DNA of 57,812 nucleotides, filler included, from Jimgerdemannia flammicorona (taxonomy: Eukaryota), in assembly GCA_003990765.1 (NCBI GenBank). It is 3 parts of 3 records of this genome, joined end to end, with 100 filler letters (N's around TTAATTAATTAA, not from the genome) between each part and the next. Parts side by side here need not be neighbours in the genome. Positions count along the whole stretch, not along the records: positions 1 to 19,211 come from RBNJ01001999.1; positions 19,312 to 38,512 come from RBNJ01002000.1; 1 more part is not named here. The stretch is one strand, 5' to 3'. Position 1 is the stretch's first letter. Every line of letters begins with the position of its first letter. The notes below the pieces were generated by a model. The model did not search any database. It had not been told where the DNA came from and saw nothing but the letters and a program-made list of their open reading frames with translations. This document shows, piece after piece, positions 12,674-27,140 of the stretch. The translations under genes and the position numbers were made by a program.

Positions 12674-15600
12674 TCACTCTCCCCTTGCCTTCCTCTTCCC
12701 ACTCCTCCTTCTCTTTTCTGGCTTCCCTTCCGGCGCTTCCCTCCTTCCCATCGGCACGCCCTCGCTCATAGCCGTGGCCGCCAACGCGCTATCCCTCGCG
12801 AGAGCGTCGGACCGCGCTCTCCCACGCTCCATGTCCATCTCAATTCTCTCGTCGCCTGAACCCGGGATGGGGGAATGGGGGCTGGAGTCGGTATCCGTGT
12901 CACTGTCGCTGGGGTCATCTGCCGGGCTGAGCTTCTTGCGAGCAGTGTAGGACTCACGTTCGATGGCGACCTTTACGAAGGTCGGCATGTCGGGGATCAA
13001 GTAGGCCAGAAGGAATTTGAGGAGGAGGACGGCGTGCTGGAGGTTGAGGGGAAGGTCGGAATATTGGTGGGTGAGCGGAGAAGGGCGAATTATTGAAATT
13101 AGTCGCAAGCGTAAAGATATCGGAGACATAAGCAGGCGTGTCGGCTACACCTTCATCTCAAAAGTATCTCGGGCCGTACCCAAACTTACGCCACTCAACC
13201 AAATTTACGTGCATCCCCGATCGAACAATCCCATCCCAACACACCTCAAACACGATCAAAAAGCCCAACCGGCTGGCCAGCAGGTTCTCCTGGCCAAACC
13301 TGTTAATTAGTACACGCTCCATATAGGCGGACTGGAAGGCAATAATTGCGCCGTTGGTGAGGACCGAGATGATCGACAGGATATTCAGGATCTTTTCCCA
13401 CATGCCTTGGAATATATGTATATATATATATTCAGTGGTTAGATTATATTAAGTTGGAGGATCAGAAAGAGAAGGGCGCTGACAAGAAGTGCATACCAAT
13501 ATCTTGAGCTTGGTATGCGACAGGACGCTGATATGCGGTTAGGAGCTAGAAACAAGTTGCAAACCAACGTTATACACTAACACAGAGAAATATTTTCACC
13601 CGCCCTATTTTTAACCTAACCTCACCTTATACGCGTCGCTCCTAACTTCGATCACGTTGTTGAGCAGTGCAAGCAGGGGCGCGAGCGGGAACGCGGCAAC
13701 AAAGAGCGAAACGAACCCGAACTGTACGACCATTTCGTTATACTCGGTAAAGATGGAGTCGTCATAAACAGGCAGGTGGCCGTCCTCAACCCATTGCGGG
13801 ACCATGGTCGGGTGCGGGGAGACCAGTGGGTTGCTTGCGGGGAGACCATGCTGCTGGGTGACGTCGTGGTGTGCATATTCACCCTGGTGGGGGGGGTGGC
13901 GCGCGAGGGAATCACGCTTCTTGTAATAGAGTTTGGTGATCCAGCTGTGGAAGCATTTTGGGAGAGGGGATGGAAAGCTTGGTGAGAAGAGAGGACACCG
14001 TAAGCAATGTCCCGTGCATCAAGCTTACCAGGAAAAAACTCTAAATAATGCCCCCACTCACGGTATAAACACCTCCTGCCCCTGCGCGATCGCCTGCCTG
14101 CCGACGAAGGTAATGGCGAGCTGGATGGTCAGCTCGGTCATGCACGAGCCGTACTGACACTGATCGTCCAACTCAGACTGGCCGAGCAAGTTCCGCCCAA
14201 ACTAGTTAAAGAAAAAACAAAGTTCAAGCATGTCAAAGACAAATCAGGATTATAAAAATAAGAATGGATATCGATACTCGATTTTAAGGCTACTGGGGTT
14301 GTGGTACGTACCTGCTGTTTAAAAATCAAGATGTAGAAGAGAGTGGAGTAGAAGTTGATGAAGCTGAAGAGGTAGTGTTTGACGATAAGCGAGCCTGAAA
14401 TTTTGGTAAGAAAAGTGCGTCCGGTTGAAAGAGGGAATTAGCTTGAATATATGGGTCATCCAACGACCAGCACCACATACAACAAATAAATTTAGATCGT
14501 AATAAATTAAAAAGAGAGAAAGAAAATCTAACGCACCCTCATACATCGTCTGCGTCCGATGATTCTCGAAATTGGTCAGGATCACCGCAAATCTCGCATA
14601 CACCTACCAAACCAGACTCTGACGTGTTAATAATACAACTTAAAATAGAGCATCTTACTATTTCCCAAATCGTATATCGTAATATTGCCCTTCACAGCGC
14701 CCAAAGGCCCTCCCAAATCCTTACCCTATTCAAAAGCATGATTGTGGCCAGATTGACCATGGCCGATACCACGGCGCTCCAGTACCCTGACAGCGCGTGT
14801 ACGGACCGAGTCCAGGCAGTGAAGACTATCAGCGTGCCGACCGTGCATAATACGATAAGTATCTGAGGCGAGTGACGAGACGCGGGTGGGGAAATGGATG
14901 GTAAGCAGAGACATCTCAGACATGTCAATGGACAAGGGGTGAACGCCGCTGGTTTCTCCTTCCATGAGCCGATAAGCTTGCCGTTAAGTGCCAACCCATG
15001 ACACCATAAAAATATCGACTCATATCGCCCAAACGTCTCAACTTCGTCTCGTCTAAATCACATACCGAAGCCCCCACGAGCATGCCCGATACTACAGCCT
15101 TGGTCAGCTTGAGGCTCGATGGATAGTAAAGTTCGTCACGCATCGTCACGGGCGAAATCCGAACCGTCGTTCCGTAGTATTCGGGGCGTGGTTGTTCCTG
15201 TTAAGCATACAGCAGGTGGTGTTAAGAAAATGGATTGAGAGAGCGTGAAATTGTAACAGAAAAAAGCGAAGATAAAGTAAATAATTGACGAACTGTAAGA
15301 TATGGTAAAACACCAATATTTCTTCCTCACCTCCTTCTCAAACTCCAAAACGTCCCATTCCCACTGCAAAATATAATTCCTCCTTTTCCAGAACTCGAGG
15401 AACAAGGTCGCTAATCAAACCCGACGTAAACAAATAAATAGCAGATAAGTCATTTATTCTCAATCAAAGGTAGTAAATTTCCAAAATCCACAACTTCCAA
15501 ATAAATCCCCTCCCCCCTCAATAAACTAAATAAAATAAAATCATAACTCACTCCACACGCTCATGAAGAACGCGAACGGCGCCGTTGTGGCATTATCGAA

Positions 15601-18209
15601 CACGCGCGAGATGATCTGGGTGGCAGGAATGGTCGTGGCGGCGGTGGAACCCGTTGCAACGGGGAGTTCGGGGTAACTTTTAGATAAGGTAGGTAAAAAG
15701 GGGAGGAGGAAGAGGAGGAGGATGAGAAAGCGAAGTAACTATGGAACAAAGGGGGATGTGAGATAATGAGTTATGAAAAGTACCTCGAGGTCATGACGAC
15801 GCCGTAAACGAAGACACCGAAGCCGACCGGGGCAGCGATCCAAAGCCAAGTCGTGTAAAAGCCTGGGGGGTTTGATGAGAGTGGACGGCGGGGCATGGAG
15901 AGGACAGCATAAATGAAGGCGCTTTGTCTGTCATTCCTGTTCGATAAAACCATCCTGAAATAATTCAAAGCCCGGGACCGGCATCTCATACACACCACCT
16001 TCCTTACAGAATTAACCAAATTGGACCTCTTATCCCCTCTCCTTTCCACCAGCCCCTTTACTCACCCAACCATGCGAAATAGATTGCGACCTTCTCGCCG
16101 AAATACATCCGCACCTCTTGTAATGGCTGTACCCTTGTCCACCTTAGTACCCAATTGTTATATAACCACTCGCGCATGCGCCTCGGCTTGGGCAGATCCG
16201 GTGCATTGAACTCCGCCTTCGCGTCCAATCCCGGCTTCGCGTTTAATCCCACCTCCGCCTTGGCCCTTTGTAGGTAGACGGATCCTTCAACGCGCGCGGC
16301 ATCCTCGGCGGAGTCGAGGTTAGGGTCAGTTGAGGGAGTAGATGGATAGAGGACGTAATGCGAGGGCGTGTCCTTGTAAGGCCCGTCGTGGAGGGTGTAG
16401 GCAGCGGTGTAGACCTTCTCGTGGAGGAGGTAGCGGAGGCCGGTACCGCGGAGCTGGGACAGAGTGTGGTGCTTCTTGATCTCGGCGTGGATGAGGATGT
16501 TGTGAACCTGGATGGCGAGTGATCCGGCACGGGTGCTTATGTGAGACGAGTGGAACCGGCAACCATCTACCACCCGAGCAATCTCGATACGTACCAGCAA
16601 ATTTCTCTTTCCCGAGTCCCAAAATCTGAGCGCGATGTCCGCCCAGGCCATTCCCTGTTCGGCGCCCTCGAACTTGTACAGATCCTCCGGCTTGAAGAAA
16701 GCGGATTCTTTGCGCACGTCGATGGCGTGGCCCAGCAGCGTCGGGAGTGGCGGTGGAAGGTGATTGATGGTGAAGGTGACAAGATCGGTCGGGTGGAGCG
16801 GTGGGAAGAGGGAGGACTGCATGGGCAGGGAGGGAGGGAGATGTTAGATGGCTAAATGCTAAGCCGAGGTCTGTAAATCCATGATTCGTTTTCCACTAAC
16901 ATTCGTCCTTCAAACCGATTCACCTCGCCCTAACATAGCTCTTTCTTCCCATCTCCACCCATCGTCAACCTACCTGCAACCTCCTCTTGAGCCTTATCTC
17001 ATGCGCGGTGCGACACAACGTATTGAACGGTGCGAGAATCTTGACGTACATGACGTCGTCCCTGTCGATACTGGGCTCATGTTCGACGACGAGCCCCTTG
17101 CGCAGTAGGGCGATCTCGAACTTTTGGCGCTGCTTCTGGTTCGCAGGGGTGGATCCCGCCTTGGCGGTGGAGAACTTGAGAACGTAGTCGTAATGGCATT
17201 CGGAACCGCGGTAGACTAGCTGGATCAGTGCGTCAGAGAGGTCCTGGGTTGGCGGTGGGAAGTGGAGGGGAGCTGAGTAGGGACAAAGATCTGATTAGAT
17301 GAGAAACGAGGGAGGAGTGTAGCGAGCAAAAGAAAAAGCAAAAAAAAAAAAAAAACTCAAAACTCGAGAGGTACCAAAGTGATTGATGCATTCGCGCATG
17401 GACTTGTACGGGTTCTGATCCCGCCATTCAGTGATACGGTCGAACCTATCGGCGTCATCCGGCTCGAGAAGGAAAATCTCGCGCTGGCCGATGCAACGGA
17501 CGTAGCCCGGGAAGTCCGGGGTCGGGGAGGACGGCTTGTTGGGCTTGCGGATGGAGAGGTGGCGCAGGATGCCGTCGACACTGCGGCGCGAGGAGAGCGG
17601 CGAGCCGTTGCTGGCTTCGGGCGGCAGCGCGGTCGCTGAGAGGGTTTTGTCTCGAAGCGGGGAAGGATGTGTGGGGTTTGGCAATTGCTGATGGGAAGAA
17701 GGGTTGACGACGTGGGGGCGAGTAGAGTTCGTGGAAGGGTAATCGGGTGCGGAGTGAATGTAGGGGAGCTAGGGGGGAGAGGGTCGTAAAAACGGGGTAC
17801 GTGGTGAGATTTCGGACTTTGGTGCGAGCGTGTCTCTCAGTTCCACCCATTTTCTCGCAAAAAAAGTACTCACCCCATTACTCCCCATCCTCGCCATCCT
17901 CCACTGTGCCACGGCGTTTTCCTGCGCCTCGATCGACATATCATTATCGTTGTCTGAGTCGTCCGTCAGCGGCCTCCTAGAGTACTCATCGCCCTCGCTA
18001 TATCTCCTCGGTCTCGGTCCAGGGGTAGCCGGCCTCGGCGGGGGCGACGGCGCCCTTCGGAACGGCACATGCTGCTCCCTGTTGGAACGCGTCCGTTGCT
18101 GCTGCTGTCTCGTACGGGTACGCTGTCTTCGCGGCGGGAGCGGGACCGGGTAGGCCTCCTCGGACGAGAGCGACAGTGTAGCGTCTGTATCGGTGGGTAG
18201 GCTGTACAT
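12674..18209 (-). CDS. Anoctamin/TMEM16-family Ca2+-activated chloride channel or scramblase, multi-exon
   Basis: Motifs [99 protein letters not shown]. First exons traced in frame: 18209-17874, 17768-17375, 17272-16974. Start codon tentative. Confidence 0.92.
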
Positions 18210-19211
18210 GACTAAGGTTTGGGTGTATTTGTTGGGGGGGGGGAGACATTCTTGTGGTCTCGTGGGGTGTTAAAGGGGGCTGGACACACACAGGAACAAA
18301 ACAGGACCCAGAGCACTGTAGCGTGACTGGCAGCATCGCGTTTTCGGGACACGCGTGACGAGTCAAAAGCTGTTTTTGGTATATAGTTTGCATCATTTGG
18401 AGGTCACTTTGCTACTTTACACACGCTGCGGAAAAATCTTATTTCCAATGAGATGCACTCTCAACATGTAACCTATTTTCATTGTCAACATTGAGGAATA
18501 TTGATGTGCCGATATTGCCCTTTATATTTTGACGGATTTTCGGGCTGAGTATTTTTTAGAGATTCCGATTCGGGTAGTAATTTTTTACTGAGCCTGTTGC
18601 CACTCCAGTCCCGGAATTGCTAATGTCGTCGACTCTTTCGTCAGAGTTTCGGATGGACTGAGCCATCGAAATTGTATAGTATTAACTGTATCCATTAAAA
18701 TGAAATCGCCAAATCTATAGTAAAAAATTGTATTTTATAATACAATAAACTATATATATTTAATAATAAACCTAGTTATTATATCATATATTATCTAAAT
18801 TATTATAAGTCAGCTATTGTTTATCTCAAAAAATATATTATTATTTTTGCCTATATTTATGTACAATATTAATTTAATATAAATTTTATAGATTAAGAAA
18901 ATATGGATATGAGGAGGGCGATGTACGTGCAGAGGAAGAGCGCAGTGACCCAGCTGATTGTGGCAGTGAGGCTGCCTTTGGAGGCGAACGGAAAGCCGAA
19001 GAATGTGTAAGGATGACAGATGTTTGAATGCTATAAAATGAGCGTGATTTGGAGAGAGTGGAGAAATATGATGTTTGGATAGTATCGATGAGCACGTGGT
19101 CATTCAAAATAGCCTGATTATAAGCCAGGAAGGAAGGTAGGGGCCGATTGTCTGTTCAAATTTTTGTCTTGAACAGTTTCATTATGTCAAAGCAAATCTC
19201 TTTTTTTTTTT

Positions 19212-19311
19212 NNNNNNNNNNNNNNNNNNNNNNNNNNNNNNNNNNNNNNNNNNNNTTAATTAATTAANNNNNNNNNNNNNNNNNNNNNNNNNNNNNNNNN
19301 NNNNNNNNNNN
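19212..19311. other. Assembly gap with an artificial TTAATTAATTAA linker
   Basis: N-run interrupted by a six-frame stop linker. Confidence 0.97.
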
Positions 19312-19372
19312 TATAATATAGATTGGTAATTAGATAATAAAGTGAAAGTCTAAGTAACTATAAAAAAAAAAA

Positions 19373-21240
19373 GAGAAGGATATATACTGACTATATTTCT
19401 GAACAAGGAGGGTTATAAGATTGATGAGACAAAGAAAGCTAAATTAGCAGTAGTGGCTGGGAAGTATACTGTCTTCTAGTAGAAGTAATGATATAGATTA
19501 TAGCTTTAGCAGAGGGTATATACTGAATACAAAAAGAAGATAGAGACTAAGGATGATAAGGTAATTACTGAGATACTGGCTAGATTAGAGGTAAGAAAGA
19601 GGAGGTTATCGCAGAATATAGTCCAAACTCGACCCAAGAGGAGATAAGTATGGAACTATGAGAAGACTAGAGATACTCTATAATATTACTTTCCTATAAA
19701 CAGTATAACTAATATTTTCTTATTGAATATGAATGGTTTGAGGGGCTCTATAAGATATAGAAATATTTTTACTTAGCTGTAGAGATTAGATATAAATCTT
19801 TTTCTATTATAGAATATGTATTATAAGAGAAACTTAGATGAATAGAAGTAGGTAAAGAAATGAGGCAGTATGGTAGTTTAGAGGGATAAGGTGGGAATCT
19901 TGGTGTAAAAAGACAGAGAAGATCTTTGTGCAGTCAGGAGTTGGAGTGAGCACTTAGTCTGAGAGGAGTGGTGGAGATCTGGATAGGAGTTAGTAGTTGT
20001 CAGCTCTTATTACTATCTTATAGTTAGAGAGGACAGTGTGGAGTAGACAAATGGTCTTTATGAGTATGATATACTTGCTGAGACTGATATAGATATACTT
20101 AGTAGGAATTTCAATATGATATAGAATATACTATTGAATAGAATTGATGGAGGAAGAAGTACTGGAGGCTAGAGTAGCAGTCTAGATAACTGAGAGGAGA
20201 TGGAGTATCTAAGTTCTTTAGTGGATACTAGTAGGATATTATGGAGAAACAGAAGGATTTATACTCACTGAGTAAATAGACTCAGAATGAGAATTGACTG
20301 GATACTGACTACTGACTACTGAGAGATAGATATCTGGATAGATCTGACAATTAAGTAGTACTTATGGTCAGATCATTGAGAACTAATAGAGTATAGTTGA
20401 TTTGGGGAGAGTGGGGATAGACCTGGATATTGATGTCTTAATTTCTCTTTATTAGTAGAGACAGAGTTATGGAAGGCTTAGATAGTAGATATTAGATCAA
20501 AGATTATTAGCTGAAATTATAAGAGGTCTCCTATAGGGGTCTGCTGAGTAAAACTAAAGAAGGCTACTAGGATATATTGAGATGAGACTGATAAGTTCAA
20601 AGGAGTATAGCAGTAATAGAGAGTGAGGTGGGCTTCTTACCAGTTGGAGATATTACAGCTAGAATGAGCTGGTATATTGGACTGAGAGATTATAGAAGAT
20701 TGATAGCTAAAATGAGCTCAGATAAAGGTAGAGAAGTTAAAGAGAGTGTTAAGAAAGGAGGAAAAGATATAAGTTCAGAGTATGGTAGCTTAATTATAGT
20801 AGTAGAGGCTTAAGAAAGGTAAGAGGTCTACTAGTTTCTGTCTAGACTTCTTTGGGCAAAGAAGGTATAGTAGTGGTAAGATAGAGTATTAGATAAAGAG
20901 GGTACTCTGGTGAATAAAATATAGTAGATCTTGGGTTCTTTGAAGAATTAGTAAAGAGATCTATAAAGTAAGGAGAAAGAGAGTATAGATGAGGAGGCTA
21001 TTGAGTACTCTCTAGGGGATTAGCATCTCTACTAGTTGATGATCTTGAGAATCTAATTCTACTAGTCTAGAAGAATGAGATTCTGAGTATCCTATTAGCT
21101 ATAAAATTAGATACTACTTCTAGTAAGAATGGCCTGTTCTGGGACTTTTGGAAGAAGATAGTAGGAGTTCTGGGAGTATTAGGAGAAATGAGAGCACTTT
21201 GCAATATTGTCCTCATGTCTAAAGAAGACAAAACCTCAGT
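19373..21240 (+). mobile_element. Old L1/Tx1-like LINE, 5' part (end of ORF1, endonuclease, start of RT); continues at 27141
   Basis: TNIFLLNMNGLRG at ~19708, RIDWIL, WSDH. The reading frame ..RQNLS|LVVLLYKNK.. resumes at 27141. Confidence 0.8.
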
Positions 21241-24200
21241 AAAGATACTGGCATCTCTCTCTAGTATCATTCAGATTATACAATCTTTGGAAAGCACTTA
21301 CAACATCATTCTTGGAGAAAAGAGACTAGCAACATAGTGACTAACAGACAACCTGAGATATATACTAAGCAGGGTGGCCTGAGTATATTCAACTGACAGT
21401 ATGTGGAGAGGGGCCCTGGTCTAGAGAGAAACATAAGAGGTCTGCTGGCAAGAGGATATAGAAGGGAAGGAAGTAGTGGTGGAGGATAGGGATCAGAGAG
21501 GGCAAGCTTTGTGGAGATGGTGAAGAAGAGTAAGCAGGCATCTGGGCTGGAGGGCTAGCTGAGGAAAGGTAAGAAGATGAAGAAGGTGATAGTACAGGGA
21601 GGAGTAGTTCTTAGTGGTGAGGGCAGTGGTACTGGGGGAGTAGTGGCTGGGGAGAATATAATGGCTGATGGCAATGGAACTGCCAATCTGAAAAAAAATC
21701 CAGATATAACTGCTGATAGCAGGGCTGAGAGGATGGGGCTTAGATGGCAGGGAGATTTGGCAGATAGTGTGATAGGCTTAGTGGTGGCCCCATTACTCAA
21801 AAAGTTGATCTCAGAGTTTATAGTTACTTTGTGCTTCTGGGGCCTAGTAGTGATAGCAAAAATGATGCTGAGGCTCATTGCTAAATAGGTGGCTAGGGCA
21901 GTGTCAGTGAAGTTTCTGAAGAGTTTAGAAGGAGTGGAGGTAGGCTTTGAAGAGGCTGGGCCTCTGGAGGAGGCACTGAAGGTGAGACTGACTGTTGGGA
22001 AGGTGTGTATTCTAATGGCCTGTTTCCTGAGATAGGACCTCAGGGTGGTACAACTGCTGGTGAAAGGAGTGCCCATGGTGATGGTGGCAGAGATGAGGAG
22101 GAGAGTCAAAGAGGTTATGGCTGAGTATGGAGAGGTGGTGGATGTTGGATTCCATGTCTGGAAAGGGACCTCATTCTGGACTGGGAATGTTGTTGTCAGG
22201 ATTCAGTTGGTAGAGAAGGAAGTTACTAGAAAGGCAAGGAACTGGCCTTCAGTGATGGTCTGGAGGACAATCTTGTGCAAGGTAATGAGTGAGGAGGAGG
22301 AAGAGGACTTATTGGAGGTGCTGGAAGAGCTGAGTAGTGCAGTAGAGTGGCAGGCAAGGGCTTAGAAGACTTTTATTGAGTCAATGCATTTGGAGGTAGT
22401 GGATGGGAAGTAGATTCAAGTAGACAAGGGATAGTGGGAGAGGGCTCAGGGATGCAAGAGACAGAAGGAGCTGCTGGCTAAACTGAAGAGTAGACTACAG
22501 AAGGATGTGGGTAGAATTGAGAAAGCAGGGGGTACCAAAGTGAGTATCTGGGCCAGTGAGGGTAGAGGAGTTGGGAAGAAGGAGACAGGAGAAGACAGAG
22601 AGGCAACTGGCAATAACCCATATGTGGATGGTATATTTGAGGTCTGGGAGGAGGACTGGGAGGCCTCACCTACTCCTACCCCTCTTATTAGGTGAGATTT
22701 GGCTTCTCGAAGTAGGGTGGCAGAGAATGTGCCCATGTGGGGAATCCAGTAAGTACAATTTAGAGTTCTGGAGGTGGCAAAAGAGGGACAAGTAGTGGTG
22801 GTTGGAGAGGAGGAACTGGTGGATATCCTGGAGGTGTGGGATGAGTCTGTAAGTATAGGAGCTGACATCACAATGCTGGATGGAGGGAGGCCAGTGACTC
22901 CAGGGGGGAAAGAGGTAGGGAATCTACTTTAGATGTACAGGATGATGAATAACTTAGCAGCTGAAGAGTTGGGAGAGATGGACCTTAGAGTAATAAGCAA
23001 TGAGCATTGGGTATGGATTCTATAAGGAGAGATAGTGTAGTGGTAGTATTGAAGGCAGAAATCCTTACAGTATACCTGGAGGAGGAAGGGTATGAGGTGG
23101 ATAAGGAGAGAGAGGCAGAGCTGGCAGATATTGCTGGTGAGAGGGCTGACTACTGCTGGACTAAGCATTATAGATTACAGCTCTAGCAGGAGGCCTGTCT
23201 GGAGTACTGAAAAGAGTTTGAGGAGAAGGTAGATGGGGAGATGAATGAGCTATTGGCTAGATTGAAGACTAAGAGGGCTGAAGAAGAGGAGGAGTCTGCA
23301 GAACACAATCTGGACTTGATACAGGAAGTGAGGAGTATGGAGCAGTAGAGGATGGACTTGATAACACACAGTATTTTCTTATGAATAGTATAACTAACAT
23401 TTTTTCTTTGAATGTGAATGGGTTACAGGGCTCTTCTCGATATAAGACCATTTTTTCTTGGCTGAAGGGATTGGAGGCTGATCTCTTTCTTTTGCAGGAC
23501 ATCAGGTATAAAGATGATTTGGATAGGCTAGAATGGATGAAGAAATGAAGAGGTGAGGCAGTTTAGAAGGGTAAGGTTGGGATTCTGGTCTAGAGAGGTA
23601 GAGGGGAGATACACAATGTGAGGAGCTGGGGAGATAGATTGATCTGGAGAGAGTGGATATGTACAGGTTGAGAGCCAGTTATAGTGGATTCTTGCTACTG
23701 TCCTGCTATATAGAGTGAGCATGTTGATTAAGTAAAGCATCTCTAAAAGAGTAGAGCCCTTGCAGAGACCAGGGTGGATATGCTTGTTGGGGACTTCAAT
23801 ATGGTTTGGGATATACTGTTGGATCAAACCAATAGAGGAAGGGGAGCTGAGGGCAGAAGTGGAGGGCTGGTGACATAAGAGGATGTGGAAAGATTAAGTG
23901 CTCTAGCAGATGCTGGCAGGAAGTTTTGGAGTAATAAGAGAGTATACATACATTGAGCAGAGGGCCTGGAGACAAGGATTGACTGGATTTTGATAGCAAG
24001 CTGCTGGGGTTTGGATGTTTGGAAGTGCTAGAGGTGAAGTGGTATCTATGGTCAGATCATTGGGGGCTACTAGGACAGAGATATTTTGGGGGGAGTGGGG
24101 ATGGGCCTGAACATTGATGCCTCAATTCCTCTTTATTAGATGATAGGGTACTGTGGGATAAGTGGGCAGAGACCATTCAATAGAGAGTAATGAGCTGGAG

Positions 24201-27127
24201 ACATGAAGGTGCCCCAGTTGGTGTCTGATAGATGAGGATGAAAGAAATGGCCAGAGTTTACTAGAGTGAGGCTGGCAAGGAGGCTGGGAAACAGAGGAGG
24301 TGAAGGGTGAGATGGACTTCTGCTAGACTGGCTAGGCTATTGAAAGATTGGGCAGAGTTAGTGACTTTGGAGGGAGGAGAGGATTGGAGATTAATATAGG
24401 TGAAATTGAAGGTTGGGGAACTACAACAGGTATTGCAGCAAGAGAAGAAGGTGAGGATGCAGAGTTTGGTGGCATGGCTTCATTGGCAAGATTTGGAGGA
24501 AGAGAAAAGGCTCTCAAAGTATCTCATGAGGGTTCTTTAGGTGAGGAGAGTGAAGCAGAGGTGGGAGGGAGTACTAGACTCTGATGGTATGCTGGTATAT
24601 AGTATACAAGATATTCTTGAATTGTTAAAAGAGTGATAGAGTGGTTTATAGAGTAAGGAGGAGAGTGGGGCTAGTGCTGCCACCATTGACTGGGTGTTGA
24701 AGGATTGACACCCCCCTTAGACAGAAGGGTTGGGTGGCTTGGTGTTATTAGTTCAAGAGGAGGAGATCTACTAGTTCTTGCTATAACAACACTGGACACA
24801 GCACCTGGAGAGGATGGTCTACCCTGGGACTTCTGGAAGAAGATGGTAGGAGTCCTGGGGGTACTGGGTGAGATAATGACATTGTATAATTTGATACTAT
24901 AGTCAGAGAGATGGGTGGGGGAGCAGGATCTAGAGCTGGTGACACTGCTTTATAAGAACAAGAGAAGAAGAGAGGACTGGAAGAACTGGTGGCCAATCAT
25001 ACTGCTAGATATAGACAGAAAGTTGGTAACTAAGGTAGTGGTTGCAAGACTGCAGAAGGTAGTCCAGCAAGTATTGAGTGTTGAACAGAGGGGCTTTGTA
25101 GGGGGCCAGCTTATTAGAGATAGTACAGCCTGGGTATATAGAGTTATTGAAGAGATATAAACTTATAGATTGGATGGGCAACTGGTCTTTCTAGATCAAG
25201 AGAAGGTATATGACTGAATGAGACAAGTCTGGTTGGTGAAAGTATTGGATAGGATCAGAGTCTCTCACCAGTTTCAGTCAGTAATAGTCAGTCTACTGGA
25301 AGGGAGTTGGGTGGCACTCATATATAATAGGTATAGAGGGGTGGCATTTCCCCTGGGTAGAGGTGTGCCTCAGAGAGACCCACTGTCCCCCATTCTGTAT
25401 GCTCTCTTTCTGAAACCTCTAATGAATAGGATCAGACAGAAGATAGTTGGGCTCTCAGTCTTTGGAATTGGGTGGAAAGTTAGTGTCTTTGCAGATGACG
25501 TAGTGGTCAGTCTGAGATCTATTGCTGATATAGAGGAGCTCAAGAAGATAGTGAAGTAGTATAAGGTGAACTCTGGGGCTAAACTTAATTGGCATAAGTG
25601 TAAAATGATAGTATTAGGCAATGGCCTGGTGGGAGAGGATGTCATTGGAATAATTGTCCCTGCTGAAGAGATAGTATGTTACTTGGGTATCTATTTGTCA
25701 GTATATGGGTCAGTCCTATCAAAACTTTAGTGAGAGCAGAGGGTAGCAATCTGGAAGAAGGTCTTGCAGAGTTGGGGTGATTACCATCTATCTTTGGTAG
25801 GGCATGTCTCAATTTTGAATATCTACTGGTTACTGAAGTTGTGGTACCTAGCCTATTATCTGGACTTCCCAGCCTGAGTAGTGAAGAGACTAATGAAACT
25901 GGCCAAGGGATAGATCTGGACTGGGAGAAGGAGTCAGATCAGTTGGAAGATTTTGTCCTTACTGGTGGTAAGAGAAGACCTTGGGCTGGTTGACTTTCTG
26001 AAGAGATTGTACTGCTTGAGAGCATAGTAGTTGAAGAGAGCAGTGGAGTTGAGAGGGGGTAGCTGGGTCCCCCTATTGCAGAAGGTCTGGGAGATGAGGT
26101 CCTTACTGAGAGGCTCTACAGGAGATTTATTATCATTGGTTGAGCTTTAGAACACTGGACATATAAGATATAAAGGCTTCTGGTGGGGGGTAGCAGAGAG
26201 AGTATACCATATTGGAATACACTGGCAAGGAAATGAAGAGAAGGTACCTTGGGGCCCAGTAATATAGAGATGGGACCAAATAGTATTGGGGGACACTCTT
26301 TTAGTTAAATTTGATATTAATAATGAGATTAAGTACTAGAGGGGGCCAGGCCAGGATCTGTGGCCTAGTGGATGATAGTTGGTTAGTATCAGAGAGGAGT
26401 GGGACTAGCATAGAGTCTGGGCCTAGAGTGCTGAGGTGAGGAGATGGTTGCTGCCAAAGTACTAAGTGGTCTGGTGACATATGTTATAAAGGAATATTAT
26501 GCTCAACTTCTGTGTGGGTCATCTTATTGAGGGGGGATGTTTTAACTGTGAGAAGTGCTATAATATAGAGCAGGAAGGGGGATATATGTAGATACCTAAA
26601 CATTGGCTAGGAGAGTGTGAGATACTTAGTGACTTTTGGAGAGTTATTGGGGATAGATTGGGTATAGTGTATAGGGGAGATAGGGCAAGGAGTCAGTGGG
26701 AGGATTTGAGAAATAGATTGGTGGGGGGGGGGTGGAGAAGGAGTGGCTTATCTTAGATTGGGTTTTGGTGATTTGGGTGGGGCTAGCAGGTCACTGGTTA
26801 TTTGTTTTTGAGGATAGAAGGTGACTGAGATTGGGGATATGGCTGGTGAGATGGCATGGACTTATGAAAGATACTATGACAGACTGGTGGCTTGGTTGGG
26901 GTTTGTAGAGTAGTCAGAGGTATCACTTAGTGGAGAAAATCTGTAAACAGAGTGGGGAGAGAGTTGGAGTAGTGGGTGAGAAAGTGGTCTTTATCTATGA
27001 AGAAATAGAGAAGAGGAGCTCCCCTATGGGGATTGGGTAGTGAGAGGTGATACTGTAACTATATTAATAGACTAGTAATAAATAACAAAGTCCAAGTGAC
27101 TATAAAAAAAAAAACAAAAAACAAAAA
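21241..27127 (+). mobile_element. Near full-length L1/Tx1-like LINE (ORF1; ORF2 with APE endonuclease and RT), inactivated by stops, nested in an older LINE
   Basis: ORF1 RRM-like VQLLVKGVP..EYGEVVDVGFHVWKGTSFWTGN. Endonuclease MNSITNIFSLNVNGL at ~23381, VGDFN, WSDH. RT APGEDGLP, LDQEK.YD, GVPQ.DPLSP, FADD. A-rich tail at ~27103-27127. TSD ACAAAA(C/T)CT(C/T)AGT at 21228-21240 and 27128-27140. Confidence 0.92.
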
Positions 27128-27140
27128 ACAAAATCTTAGT

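Noticed and set aside
17769..17771. Apparent in-frame TAG in the anoctamin 5' region, suggesting readthrough or a pseudogene
   Set aside because: It is the acceptor of a 105-nt phase-0 intron (17873-17769, donor GTGAGT).
18900..19190. GC-richer island that might be an exon or an ncRNA
   Set aside because: No recognisable motif, and it is cut off by the assembly gap.
19256..19267. Palindromic TTAATTAATTAA inside the N-runs (also ~38557)
   Set aside because: Artificial scaffolding linker with stops in all six frames; not biological.
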